Source: an uncultured delta proteobacterium (GTDB lineage Bacteria > Desulfobacterota > Desulfomonilia > Desulfomonilales > Desulfomonilaceae). Taken from it: DNA of 64,000 nucleotides. This document shows positions 30,800 through 40,852 of this stretch, piece by piece. Under the pieces are notes generated by a model. It saw nothing but the letters and a program-made list of their open reading frames with translations, had not been told where the DNA came from and made no database searches. The first letter of the stretch is position 1, and each line of letters begins with the position of its first letter. Location: positions 416,001 to 480,000 of the forward strand of contig CAWBKB010000003.1 of NCBI GenBank assembly GCA_963789265.1, given 5' to 3'. A program made the position numbers and the translations under genes.

Positions 30800-32320
30800 C
30801 TATTTCAAGCTGTCGATGAGTTCCTGTGTAATGACTTTCTTTTCACGTATGTAATTGATAAGCAGATCCGTGACGCGGAGTCCGGATTTTTGGATTTCTT
30901 TCCCGTTATTTTTGACAATGGTGTACCCATCGCCGCCCGCCGTCAAGAAATCGGTGGTTGCCGCCGAGTAAAGTTTGGTCGGGTTAAAGGGCTCTCCTCG
31001 AATCTCGTCGATTCTAACCTTGTTACCGTCAATCGTGTATGTGAGACCGTAAGTCTGGAGCTTGCCGCCGCTACCCGGCTCCATTTCCGCACTTCTCTGG
31101 AGCACAGCGAGGATGTCCCCGCCTGTAAGGTTCATCTTCACAATGGTGTCAGGGAAAGGGAGGACTGTGTACACATCGTTTAGCGTAATGTTCCCTTCCT
31201 TGATGCTCCCTCGTATTGCACCGCCATTGATTATCGCGATATCCGACCGCGAACCTTCCGCCATATTGTAGCTTATGAGCTTACCGAGATTCGTCTCCTT
31301 GTCCGATCTGACAGCGCTGCGGGTGCCCTTGAGGAAAACTTCCGTCTTGCCGATCACTTCGTTCAAATGAGAATCCATCTTGGCCTTGTATTCCGAAATT
31401 ATGGACGAAATTTCCGGATCCTCTTTGATCGCTGACGTCAACTTGATCAATTTTCCCTTATACTCCGTTATCTTCCCATCCATGACATCCAGATCCAGTT
31501 CCCCCACATAGCGTGCGTACGCGCCCGCTTGCACGATGATGGTTTTGTCAACCTTCAGTGGCTTCGGGATGGTAGTGTGAGAATGTCCTCCGACGATGAC
31601 GGCAATTCCGGGGCAGGCCTCGGCCAATTGCTTGTCCTCATTTATTCCGATGTGGGTCATCGCAATTACGAGGTCCTTGTTATTGACCCGCTCGAGGACT
31701 TCCTTTGAAGTGGAAATAGGATCGTCAAAAACCAGCCCTTTTACGTTGTCAGGATGTGTCATCAAGGGCGTCTGGGCAGTGGTGAGGCCGAAAATTACAA
31801 TCTTTATGTTGGATTCGGGGTATTTCTTTTCCAGAGTGCTCTGGAAGAGATTTGAGCCTGAAGCAGTCTTAATGTTCGCGCTGAGAAGCGGAAATTTCAT
31901 AAGCGGCTTTAGCGTGTCCAAGAGGTTATTCGGTCCGTAGTCGAACTCGTGATTGCCGACAGTCATGGCGGTGAATTTCATCTTGTTCATCAGCGTTACG
32001 CCGAGCTTGCCTTTGAATGCCGTTGAAAACGGAGTCCCCATAAGCAGGTCCCCGGCCATCAGAATCAGGGTGTGACGCCCTTCGGCCCGATCGTGCGCGC
32101 GCACTTCCTTGATAACTGTTTGGGCCCTTGCGAATCCGCCAACGAGCCCCTCGGCCCCCGGCTCGGCTGACGGCAGGTAGTGCGCATGGGGATCGTTCAT
32201 GTAAAGAATCGTGAGCTTAAGCGGTTCTGCCGCTTGTGACGCGATCACAAGCAGCAGGAATGAGAAAAGCAAGATAGTGACAAAAGAAAAGGTGAGCCTG
32301 CCGCGGGATGTGACGAGCAT
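30800..32320 (-). CDS. Secreted 5'-nucleotidase/metallophosphatase (UshA-like)
   Basis: NDPH, AGD, GNHEFD, GGHSH, NGGAIR and GGDGY motifs; signal peptide; the ORF-track N-terminal extension runs through the tRNA. Confidence 0.93.
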   Translation of the reverse strand: MLVTSRGRLTFSFVTILLFSFLLLVIASQAAEPLKLTILYMNDPHAHYLPSAEPGAEGLVGGFARAQTVIKEVRAHDRAEGRHTLILMAGDLLMGTPFSTAFKGKLGVTLMNKMKFTAMTVGNHEFDYGPNNLLDTLKPLMKFPLLSANIKTASGSNLFQSTLEKKYPESNIKIVIFGLTTAQTPLMTHPDNVKGLVFDDPISTSKEVLERVNNKDLVIAMTHIGINEDKQLAEACPGIAVIVGGHSHTTIPKPLKVDKTIIVQAGAYARYVGELDLDVMDGKITEYKGKLIKLTSAIKEDPEISSIISEYKAKMDSHLNEVIGKTEVFLKGTRSAVRSDKETNLGKLISYNMAEGSRSDIAIINGGAIRGSIKEGNITLNDVYTVLPFPDTIVKMNLTGGDILAVLQRSAEMEPGSGGKLQTYGLTYTIDGNKVRIDEIRGEPFNPTKLYSAATTDFLTAGGDGYTIVKNNGKEIQKSGLRVTDLLINYIREKKVITQELIDSLK

Positions 32321-32400
32321 ATTGCTTCCCCTTGAATTGAATGCGCCTTTTTCGGGGTGGCTGAAGGTCCTGCGCATAGCAATGATATGTAATAAAAGAA

Positions 32401-32478
32401 TGGTCGGGGTGGCCGGATTTGAACCGGCGGCCTCGTGCTCCCAAGGCACGCGCGCTAACCAGGCTGCGCTACACCCCG
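32401..32478 (-). tRNA. tRNA-Pro (UGG)
   Basis: CGGGGTGTAGCGCAGCCTGGTTAGCGCG-CGTGC CT TGG GA GCACG-AGGCCGCCGGTTCAAATCCGGCCACCCCGACCA; upstream TTGCGA-17 nt-TATAAA. Confidence 0.98.
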
Positions 32479-32623
32479 CAGGCTCTTTTTATAGATCGCG
32501 GACTCCCAAATCGCAAGAGTCTATGGTTGAAGAATCTGGTCACCGACCGTCAAGAATGGGTTTGGAGATGACTTGGTACTCTTTTTCGCAAATACGGTAA
32601 TGTTAGGAACGGGGACCGGAAGA

Positions 32624-32689
32624 AGATTGCTTCGCTGCGCTCGCAATGACAGGTAGTGGCATGTCATTGCGAGCGCAGCGAAGCAATCT
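32624..32689. repeat. Perfect 28-bp inverted repeat (REP-like)
   Basis: AGATTGCTTCGCTGCGCTCGCAATGACA (32624-32651) and its exact reverse complement (32662-32689). Confidence 0.85.
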
Positions 32690-32842
32690 CTCCCCTGAAA
32701 ATCCGCGACCGTACTTACGAAAACCAGTACTTAGGCTGCATAGATCACCCGGCAGGTTCGCAGAATCTCATTTCTGCGGAAAGGGTTATGGGTAGTGGGT
32801 GAATTCATTGTCGCCTTGGCAATCGATGCATTACAGTTGGTT

Positions 32843-33158
32843 TCAGGGCCGTTCATAAAGGACCTCGCCCTCAGCTTCAATAATCGACACCAGAGTACCC
32901 GCGCACTGTTCTCAAACGCTCTACTTCGCCCGGAGTATAGACCACGACATCAAGAGGCCATTTTCGCAGGCCAAATATCGCGCTCACCTCTATAGCACGT
33001 TCCGGGGGCCGGCGTTCGCTTTCCATTTCAACAAAAAGGTCCACGTCGCTGTCTTCTCTTTGATCACCTCGGGCATGGCTGCCAAACAGAATGATTCTTT
33101 TCGGATCGAAATTTTTGACAATGAGTTCTGCGATCTCTTCGAGCTGCGTTCCGTCCAT
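32843..33158 (-). CDS. Minimal nucleotidyltransferase (MNT), +1 frameshift near 32899
   Basis: ILFGSHARG...DSDVDL motif; shifted frame ends TLVSIIEAEGEVLYERP at 32843. Confidence 0.82.
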
Positions 33159-33160
33159 AT

Positions 33161-33544
33161 CTAGGCCTCCGGTTTGCGAGGCGAAGCCTCGTACACCCAC
33201 ACGGTTTCCCGCTCAAGCGTCCGAGCAAATCGGCCCCCTTCCTCTAGGAGTGCTTGCCATTCCGCCGCGGTGTACACAAGCAACTCTGCGGGAACAGGAA
33301 GAGGGCTGAGGTCCCAGGTGAGCGAACGGCGCTCAAATGGCTCTGTGGTATGGTCAACTATCACCACGAGATCCAGGTCGCTTCCCACGCCCCAATCTCC
33401 ACGCGCATACGATCCAAAGTATCCCAGTCGGAGTATCTCGCCGCGGCTGCTCATTTCCTTTCCAGCCCAGTCACGAACTGCGCGATCCACCTGCCCTCGA
33501 TCAGGCCATTTGAACACGGACGTATTCAAGGATCTCACCGGCAT
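33161..33544 (-). CDS. Minimal nucleotidyltransferase (MNT)
   Basis: GYFGSYARGDWGVGSDLDL motif. Confidence 0.9.
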   Translation of the reverse strand: MPVRSLNTSVFKWPDRGQVDRAVRDWAGKEMSSRGEILRLGYFGSYARGDWGVGSDLDLVVIVDHTTEPFERRSLTWDLSPLPVPAELLVYTAAEWQALLEEGGRFARTLERETVWVYEASPRKPEA

Positions 33545-33884
33545 ATCGAATCGCCTCTTTGCTCTGAATGGGCCCATAGTGCTCGAAGGGTGCCCCTTCA
33601 GGGTGTCCATTCGCGTAACGGGTGGGAATGTAAAAGTTGTCCAAAACCTTCGCTTTTTCGATCAGATCCTCTGGAACCGATGAAGGAAGTTCCGTCAACA
33701 GGTGTGCCACAACGTGCCCCCAGGCTTCCTGGCCCAGCGCCAGGTGCAGCGCTTTCACCGACTTTTCGGCAGACTGTTGAGCTGCAAAACATGCCCATTC
33801 GTGGCGGCCTTCAAGTTCGGACGCTCTGGCCTGTTCCAAATCGCGAACGGCCTGAGCAAGCCAATCCTTTGACCGATTTGACAC
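33501..33884 (-). CDS. HEPN domain protein
   Basis: DWLAQA.RDL, WACFAAQQSAEK..KA, WGH and YIPTRY motifs; paired with MNT. Confidence 0.92.
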   Translation of the reverse strand: MSNRSKDWLAQAVRDLEQARASELEGRHEWACFAAQQSAEKSVKALHLALGQEAWGHVVAHLLTELPSSVPEDLIEKAKVLDNFYIPTRYANGHPEGAPFEHYGPIQSKEAIRYAGEILEYVRVQMA

Positions 33885-33918
33885 CGGAGCCTCCCTCAGG
33901 ATTCGGTTTCTAGGAATT

Positions 33919-34517
33919 TCATGTGACTAATTTTCGCAGAAACTCGGCAAATTCCTTCAGCGCCAGGCCGCGATGACTCACACGGTTCTTTGATTCTATG
34001 TCCATTTCGGCAAAGGTTCGTCCGGCTTTTTCAAAGTAGAAAATCGGGTCGTACCCGAAGCCCGATGTCCCTCGCGAATCGCGCGTTATTCGTCCCTCGC
34101 ATACACCCCGAAAGAGTTTTTCTTCTCCATCGGGCGCCACCAGAGCCAAGGCGCAGATAAATCTAGCCGAACGTCGAGCGTCCGGAACGTCCTGCATCTC
34201 GTCGAGGATTCGCGTGTATTTTTCTTCGTCGGACGCGTTTTCACCTGCGTACCGCGTGGAAGAACTCCCGGACGGCCATCCAGAGCATCAACGCATAGTC
34301 CTGAGTCGTCCGCGAGGGTTACCATTTGGGTTGAGAAAGCTATGACTCGAGCCTTCTTCAAAGCGTTCTCTTCGAATGTTGCCCCGTCTTCGACCACCTC
34401 CGGAATGCCCGACATATCCGACAGCGACAGGAACTTAACCGGGAGACCTTTCACCAGGTCTTGGATTTCCTCGACCTTTCCCTGGTTTGTCGTTGCTATC
34501 AGGATATTATCCGGCAT
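33919..34517 (-). CDS. rdgB: RdgB/HAM1 non-canonical purine NTP pyrophosphatase, -1 frameshift near 34260
   Basis: IATTNQGK, TFEENALKKA and ADDSGL in one frame; GFGYDPIF and KNRVSHRG in the next. Confidence 0.92.
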
Positions 34518-34538
34518 CCTGTGCAAGATAATGTCCTT

Positions 34539-36968
34539 TCATTTCAGAGAGATGGATCTGGTGGGAACAGACTTGAAGAGGACAGCGTTGAATCCGCTTT
34601 TCTGAATGTCCGCGGTCCGGACCGGGTCGCGAAATGACCGGCCATTCAACCATGCACGCGTCTGATCCTTGTAATGCGTGGAAAAGAAATGAGCAGAGAC
34701 GCCCATTGGGCTTGCGGCGGCAAGTTGCACCGGCTGGGTCATGTCAATCACCTCCCGGAGGGACATTCCGACAGATACATGAAAAGGCTGGGCCTGTGAC
34801 CAGCCGGCAAAACCGATCGTATCCGCAGAGCCTGAAAGGGGGATTGGCCCTACCTGGTACAGAGCTTCCAGAAACTTGGATCGCGCTGCAAGAGGATGGC
34901 GAAATTCAGTTGTGTGGATCTCCCCCCACTTCCACTTCTTGGGGTCAGATCCCATGAGGCTCTGTCCGCGCCTCACGGCCTTCTGAAAGCCCCTTATAAG
35001 AATTTCTCGGGGCTCGGCTTTCCCAAGCCAGGCAGTTTGATTTTTCAAAAAGATCCTTCGTACTGCCCGCAATGGCAGCGCAGAGTAACTCGTGAATCCC
35101 TTGTAAAGCGGCTCGGCAAGAGGCTCCAGGAAAAGGTCCTCTACCAATGCCTGATAGAACAAACCGAATATCGCAGCACCGGGAGATTCTCTTGCCATTT
35201 TGAAGTCCCACGTCCCCAAAATGCGAGCGGCTTCTTCCTCGGGGCGATTCTTGCCGGTTCCTGCGACAGCCTTGAGTAAAACCGGAGTGAAGTCCCTTGC
35301 CAGAGGTGATAAGCAATCTCTCTGAATTTTCTGGAAACTCTCTTGCTGATGTACTTGATTTTCTTCGAGTAGTTCCCTGATTCGGGAGGTCTTGTCCGCA
35401 TCGTACCAGTAGCAACTGACAAAGAATGGATAGTTCTTTCCGCCGGGACGATCGTCAGCCGCGATGCAATAGCCTGTAGGAAGGCTGACTGACGATGGAA
35501 GATCGTCGAACGGGATAAATCCTCGCCAGTCATGTATGCCGGTCCATCCCGGCATGGGCAATATTCCATCACTTCCTGAAGGACGCAACGGGACTCGGCC
35601 GGCAAACTGAATTCCGGATTCTTCCTGGTCGGCCCAGGCCACGTTCAAACATGGGGCGATGAGCAGTCTGAGAGATTTATCAATTTCCTTACGGTTGCGC
35701 GCCCTGTTCAAACCGTACAAGGCTGCAAAAAAACCAAGCCCATGCCGCCCCGTCCATCTCAGAGAGAGGGCACGATTCTTGTCGACTTCGGACACGAGAG
35801 GCCCTGTTTCAGTGAATATTACGACGCGGGTAGCAACGGAGCCGCCTTTAATCCGGTACTTCTCAGTCAATTCCTTTACCTTTTTCCAACGGTCCAAACG
35901 CCAATAATTTTTGGGGGTGTCCGAGTCCACACGCTCTACAAAAAGATCCGCATCATCCACTAGTGCTGGGACGCACCCCCATCCAAGGCGGTCGTTTGTG
36001 CCTGCGATCGCCGCGGGCACGCCCGGAATAAAGGTTCCGGAGAGATGAAAGTTTCCCGCGGCCAACCGCGCCCTGTACCAGAATCCCGGCGCTGTTAAAG
36101 ACTGATAAACCGCGGACGCGGCCATGGGTTTACCGCTCTGGCTCATTCCTGGTCCAACCGTCCAGGCGCAGCCGCCCCGGAAACCGGGAACACGGTCGAA
36201 AATACCTCTGCTTCTCGATCTAGGGAACAAAATCCCCGTTGGGTCCCAATGTGCCAAGTCAGCGGCAACAAAAGGGGACGGGGCCCCCGGATCGGTAGGA
36301 AGGAGCTGCAAAGCTCTCTTCGTACCGAGTCGAGCGACCATTCTGATGAACATTGGATCTACGCGGGTGGCTACAGAACTTTCCCATGCCAGGGCAGCCG
36401 CTATCGAGGAGACATCCTCCGGCGAGAAAGGCGCAGGCCGGTAGTTCAACAGGGAGAACTCAACGGGAAGTTTTCCCGCATGTGCAGATATGTATTTATT
36501 GATTCCCTGAACGAACTTCTCGAGCCACCGCCGCTCCCTTTCGCCGAGATGCGCCAGTGTATCTTCGGAAGCTCTCCTGCCCCTCACCATTCTCATGAGG
36601 TGGTCGCCTTCCAGGTAATCCGCTCCGAGGATTTCAGCCAGCCTACCCTGGCCGGCTTTCCGCAGATAGTCCATTTGCCACAAGCGGTCCTGGGCCATGA
36701 CGTACCCCAGTACCATGGCCACATCGTCTTCGTTTTTCCCTATAATTCCAGGAACGCCGTTTTGATCGCGCAAAACACGTACGTCGGCGAGTAGGCCGGG
36801 AATCTGAACGAAAGCCTCACTGTCGGGAAGGAGTGAAAGGGTAAAAAAGTAAATCCATAAGGCTCCCGCGCCGGCTATCAGGATCAGAATCACGGGGATG
36901 GCCGTGAAGATTCGCATCAGCCACGCGGGGTCAATCTCCTTTTTCAGGAAGGATTTGGCCGAAATCAA
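34539..36968 (-). CDS. Penicillin acylase family (Ntn-hydrolase) homologue with atypical active site
   Basis: GYVMAQDRLWQMD..R...GRLAEILG and WKWGEIH motifs; the GSNNW position reads GGCAW. Confidence 0.88.
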   Translation of the reverse strand: MISAKSFLKKEIDPAWLMRIFTAIPVILILIAGAGALWIYFFTLSLLPDSEAFVQIPGLLADVRVLRDQNGVPGIIGKNEDDVAMVLGYVMAQDRLWQMDYLRKAGQGRLAEILGADYLEGDHLMRMVRGRRASEDTLAHLGERERRWLEKFVQGINKYISAHAGKLPVEFSLLNYRPAPFSPEDVSSIAAALAWESSVATRVDPMFIRMVARLGTKRALQLLPTDPGAPSPFVAADLAHWDPTGILFPRSRSRGIFDRVPGFRGGCAWTVGPGMSQSGKPMAASAVYQSLTAPGFWYRARLAAGNFHLSGTFIPGVPAAIAGTNDRLGWGCVPALVDDADLFVERVDSDTPKNYWRLDRWKKVKELTEKYRIKGGSVATRVVIFTETGPLVSEVDKNRALSLRWTGRHGLGFFAALYGLNRARNRKEIDKSLRLLIAPCLNVAWADQEESGIQFAGRVPLRPSGSDGILPMPGWTGIHDWRGFIPFDDLPSSVSLPTGYCIAADDRPGGKNYPFFVSCYWYDADKTSRIRELLEENQVHQQESFQKIQRDCLSPLARDFTPVLLKAVAGTGKNRPEEEAARILGTWDFKMARESPGAAIFGLFYQALVEDLFLEPLAEPLYKGFTSYSALPLRAVRRIFLKNQTAWLGKAEPREILIRGFQKAVRRGQSLMGSDPKKWKWGEIHTTEFRHPLAARSKFLEALYQVGPIPLSGSADTIGFAGWSQAQPFHVSVGMSLREVIDMTQPVQLAAASPMGVSAHFFSTHYKDQTRAWLNGRSFRDPVRTADIQKSGFNAVLFKSVPTRSISLK

Positions 36969-37933
36969 TTATCCGGTCCTCCCAGTAATGTTTGCACCAA
37001 ATCAGAGCTTACGCCATAAGGATCTCTTCTCTTGGCGACTATGTCTTCCACCACCCCTTCCAGGGTTTCAACCCCCCCCAGCTTTTTCAATGCTCTCTCC
37101 ATGAGTTCTTCCTTCAGGAGATCCAGCACCTGGTTTCTTGTACGGATTTTGTCACGCTCGATTAACCTTTCTTTACCGTGTTTGAGCAAGTACTCGCGGT
37201 GATTCGTAATTGCGCGGTGAAGCTCGTCCAATCCCAGTTCGGATGTGGCCACAGTCTCTATTATCGGAGGAGTCCACCCGTTGGCCTGGTAACGATCGGA
37301 AGACATTTGTAGCAGGAATCTCAGTTCCCGCACTGTCTTATTGGCGCCGTCGCGGTCGGCCTTGTTGACCACAAAGAGGTCTCCGATCTCCATAAGTCCT
37401 GCCTTGATCGCCTGTATTTCGTCACCCATACCGGGAATCGTAACCAAAACGGTCGTATGTGCGCTGTGCGCTATGTCAACTTCGTCCTGTCCTACCCCAA
37501 CGGTCTCCACGACAATGACATCTTTGCCCATAGCATCAAGGACGACAATGGCGTCCGCAGTGGACCGAGTGAGCCCCCCGAATTTCCCGCGCGTAGCCAT
37601 AGATCGAATGAATACGCCTTCGTCCAGAAAATGTTTCTGCATTCTGATCCGGTCGCCTAAGATCGCCCCTCCTGTGAAAGGACTGGTGGGATCGACCGCT
37701 AGTATCCCAACTGTCTTGCCTTCTTGACGAAATTTTGAGACTACTCGATCTACCAGCGTGGACTTCCCCACGCCGGGCGAGCCGGTAAATCCGATTACAA
37801 AGGAGTGTCCCGCGTGACGATAGAGCAGGGCCAAATCCTCAAACACCTCGCGTTCTCCATCGTCTATTCGGCGGATCAAGCGAGCAGCCGCGCGCATGTC
37901 GCCCCGTATGATCTTTTCAGCCAGTGAAGGCAT
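36965..37933 (-). CDS. meaB: Methylmalonyl-CoA mutase-associated GTPase MeaB
   Basis: GSPGVGKST, AVDPTSPFTGGAILGDRIRM, ETVGVGQDE and NKAD motifs. Confidence 0.96.
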   Translation of the reverse strand: MPSLAEKIIRGDMRAAARLIRRIDDGEREVFEDLALLYRHAGHSFVIGFTGSPGVGKSTLVDRVVSKFRQEGKTVGILAVDPTSPFTGGAILGDRIRMQKHFLDEGVFIRSMATRGKFGGLTRSTADAIVVLDAMGKDVIVVETVGVGQDEVDIAHSAHTTVLVTIPGMGDEIQAIKAGLMEIGDLFVVNKADRDGANKTVRELRFLLQMSSDRYQANGWTPPIIETVATSELGLDELHRAITNHREYLLKHGKERLIERDKIRTRNQVLDLLKEELMERALKKLGGVETLEGVVEDIVAKRRDPYGVSSDLVQTLLGGPDN

Positions 37934-38180
37934 AGTTTCTCAAGCGTTTGATTTGACGAACTCTTTAAGTTTGTCGAGTACGCTTTCGCCGGTGACCGGT
38001 CAGCACCTTTAGCTGGTCCTATCACTCGGTTATTGGTAGAAGTCGGAAGCCGGATTGTCAATAGGAAATAAGATTTTACGCATGAGTTTTAGGTTATGAC
38101 TTGAAAAGAGTGTGCAGATATGGAATTGAAACCGGCAACTAAGGTTGAAGCTATGAATTGTGGATGTTAGGATTCGACCC

Positions 38181-38669
38181 ATGAAAGAGTATCTGCTGAT
38201 TCTGTTTAGGGCCGCGATAATCCTTGGTTGCGCTTCTCTCGTCGGGCTGGGCGTAAATCTGATCCGCCCGAAGCCCTTGACGTGGACATATATTGCTCCA
38301 AGGGAACTCGAAGTGCACGGCGTCAAGATCCCCTTGATCGACGAGAAGGCAGCGCACAGGTTTTTCGGCGCCGATAGGACCGTGTTCGTGGACGCGCGCA
38401 AGAAGGAAGACTATTACGAGAGCCACGTGCAAGGAGCAATTTTCCTCGACCCAGACGAGAAAGAAGAGCAGTTTCGCTCGTTGCAGCCGCTTCTTCCGGA
38501 GGGCGCTCATATCATCCTGTACTGCTACGGCCCCGAATGCGATATGGCCGAACAAGACGCCGATTTTTTTGCTCAGTTGGGGTACAAGAAGATGATGATT
38601 ATGACATCCGGTTTTCGTGCGTGGAAAAAAGCGGGTTATCCGGTCGAGGGTAAAGGTAAGAGTAAGTAA
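38181..38669 (+). CDS. Membrane-anchored rhodanese-like protein
   Basis: VDAR...Y..SHVQGA, YCYGPEC and GFRAWKKAGYPVE motifs. Confidence 0.9.
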   Translation: MKEYLLILFRAAIILGCASLVGLGVNLIRPKPLTWTYIAPRELEVHGVKIPLIDEKAAHRFFGADRTVFVDARKKEDYYESHVQGAIFLDPDEKEEQFRSLQPLLPEGAHIILYCYGPECDMAEQDADFFAQLGYKKMMIMTSGFRAWKKAGYPVEGKGKSK

Positions 38670-38810
38670 CTATGAGCATTATTTTGGTTGCGCCCACTCC
38701 CCGTATTTCCTCCTTCAGGAAAAGTTGACCTACAGCGCATTGATGGACGAACCCAGGCGTGCGCGACGCACTCTTATGTGGTATATCCTGTCCTTTCGCA
38801 AGGAGAAGCG

Positions 38811-39800
38811 ATGACTGACCGTTACCAGCAATTCCTGGGAACTGACCCCGGGATGATAGTGGAACTCATAGATGATTCCGTCTCACCGTATCGAGTACGC
38901 ACCGAAGATGGATTTGAATTCTGCATAAGTGCCGACGATTTCAGGGACTATTACCGAAAAGAAGGTAGCTCTACCCCGCAGCGCTGGGCCCATCTGGTCA
39001 CCGACCTCGACCAGGGGATGGTGAATTCAGGCAAGGTGGCCGAGGTGATGAAAGTCCTGCACTCTTTCGAAGAGGTATTTGAGGATTTTGACACGTCAAG
39101 GGGATTTGTGCGAGCGGCCTTGAGAGCCCTCGGGAACGATCCGAAGCCCGATTTCAAAAAGGCACAGCAGCAGCTTGAGACACTCGGTTGGACCACTGAA
39201 GGCCTTACGGATAGGCACTGGAGCCGTTTGCTAGGCGTAAACGGCGACACGAAGGCCCTCCTTATGAGTGAACATTGTGCGGTCCTTCAATTCCCTGCAT
39301 TGCCGGACCTGCCCGGCAGCGCGGTTGAATCAAAAAGGCAAGCGCCTCCCCAATCGGGACCGGCAGCCAAGAAAACTCCCCGGAAAATCGCGGCCGAAGG
39401 TCGTATGGCTCGGTTGAAGAATGTTGATATGGCCGTCCAGGGAGATAATCTGACTGTCACCGTTGACCTTTCAAAAGAGTTTGGCCCTTCCAAATCGGGA
39501 AAGACCATAATTGTTGCCTCGACCGAAGGAAACAAGACGGTTCCGGGACGTGTCGAGAGAATCGGCTTAAATATTTACAGGGAGCAGGACAAGAAAGGGA
39601 AGAAAGGACGGCATCAGTCGTTCAAGAATGTTGAAATGGCTCTGCAGGAAGACCGGCTAGTTATTGCTGTGGATCTTTCCAAAGAGCTTGGGCCGTCAAA
39701 GTCCGGTAAAACAATAATCATCGCTTCAACAGGCGGAAACCAACTAGTCTTCGGGAGACCGGAAAAGATAGGTCTGAACGTCTACAGGAAAATAGAATAA
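38811..39800 (+). CDS. Hypothetical protein with a tandemly duplicated ~60-aa C-terminal domain
   Basis: AAGGAG RBS; two copies of KNV.M....D.L...VDLSKE.GPSKSGKTII.AST.GN......E.IGLN.YR spaced 69 aa apart. Confidence 0.8.
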   Translation: MTDRYQQFLGTDPGMIVELIDDSVSPYRVRTEDGFEFCISADDFRDYYRKEGSSTPQRWAHLVTDLDQGMVNSGKVAEVMKVLHSFEEVFEDFDTSRGFVRAALRALGNDPKPDFKKAQQQLETLGWTTEGLTDRHWSRLLGVNGDTKALLMSEHCAVLQFPALPDLPGSAVESKRQAPPQSGPAAKKTPRKIAAEGRMARLKNVDMAVQGDNLTVTVDLSKEFGPSKSGKTIIVASTEGNKTVPGRVERIGLNIYREQDKKGKKGRHQSFKNVEMALQEDRLVIAVDLSKELGPSKSGKTIIIASTGGNQLVFGRPEKIGLNVYRKIE

Positions 39801-39813
39801 GGAGGCTTTGTTA

Positions 39814-40326
39814 ATGTTTGTTTTCGGAACCGCGGACGACGTCTTTACTATGGCCATTCGTATCGAGGAGAACGGCAACGCATTTTATGCCGGGGCTGCC
39901 GAAATGACGACGAATCCCGAAGTGAAGAAACTCTTCGATGACCTTGCTCTAATGGAGGCGAGTCACATACAGATTTTCAGAACTCTCAGGAGCAAACTAC
40001 CCGACGCAGCAGCGAGCGGAGCGGTTTGGGACCCCGAAGGGCTTGCCGAGAGCTATCTGGAAGCCACGGCTGATTCCCATGTGTTCACGCTAGAAGCCGC
40101 CACCGAGAGGCTGAAGACGGTGAAATCGGCTATGGAAGCCCTTGACATGGCACTCCAGTTTGAAAAAGATTCTCTGACATTTTTCCTTGGAATGAAGGAG
40201 GTATTCCCCGATCCCAGCGGCCGCGGCGAAATTGACCAACTCATAAAGTCAGAGATGCTTCATATCCGAATGCTGTCAGGAGCAAAGAAGCGGCTGGAGG
40301 AAACAGGAGCTGGAGGGATTTTTTGA
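39814..40326 (+). CDS. Ferritin-like/rubrerythrin family protein
   Basis: MAIRIEENG..FY, E..H, ALQFEKDS..FF and SE..H di-iron motifs. Confidence 0.9.
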   Translation: MFVFGTADDVFTMAIRIEENGNAFYAGAAEMTTNPEVKKLFDDLALMEASHIQIFRTLRSKLPDAAASGAVWDPEGLAESYLEATADSHVFTLEAATERLKTVKSAMEALDMALQFEKDSLTFFLGMKEVFPDPSGRGEIDQLIKSEMLHIRMLSGAKKRLEETGAGGIF

Positions 40327-40353
40327 GCAGGATATTGTCGGGCACGGCCCGAC

Positions 40354-40596
40354 CTACGGTTTGGAGGTGGCCGCCGGCTGTTCCTTGCCGGTTCTCAGAG
40401 TTGCCTGTATGCGCTCCCCTTTGCGTTCTCCTTCGAGGATTTCCAGACTGGCAAGGCAGCCTCCTCCCTCCAGCGCAAGACACGACAAGACGCGGCATTT
40501 CACGTGTGATCCCCGGTCCATAACTTGGATCACATCCCCCGGGGCCAGAAGCTGCTCTCCGCGCAGGGAACTCTTGTATTTCTTTTCTTTGGCCAT
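40354..40596 (-). CDS. Hypothetical protein (SH3-like beta composition)
   Basis: Co-directional ORF at the end of the phoH-ybeY run. Confidence 0.6.
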   Translation of the reverse strand: MAKEKKYKSSLRGEQLLAPGDVIQVMDRGSHVKCRVLSCLALEGGGCLASLEILEGERKGERIQATLRTGKEQPAATSKP

Positions 40597-40609
40597 TTCT
40601 TCTTTTAAG

Positions 40610-40852
40610 TCAAAACCTGTCCGGGCAGGCCGTCTCGGAGAAGGCAGCGCTTACCGGAACAACGTTGCGGGTTCTTCCTGAAATGGTCTTTTCTAAGGCA
40701 GAATTTTGGCTGACCTTCGTGGCCTCAGATGTCGCCCGGTCGGTGGTCTTGGAAATATGTGCAGTTAGGTCATGGCCGAATGGAAGATGACCGGTGATGC
40801 AGCCGGAGAGAAACAGAGAAGCAAAAATAAAAATAGAGACAAGGTATTTCAT
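40610..40852 (-). CDS. Hypothetical lipoprotein
   Basis: Signal peptide with LSGC lipobox. Confidence 0.6.
   Translation of the reverse strand: MKYLVSIFIFASLFLSGCITGHLPFGHDLTAHISKTTDRATSEATKVSQNSALEKTISGRTRNVVPVSAAFSETACPDRF

Noticed and set aside
32321..32600. ORFs spanning the tRNA-Pro, including the 5'-nucleotidase extension
   Set aside because: They are translations of the tRNA sequence.
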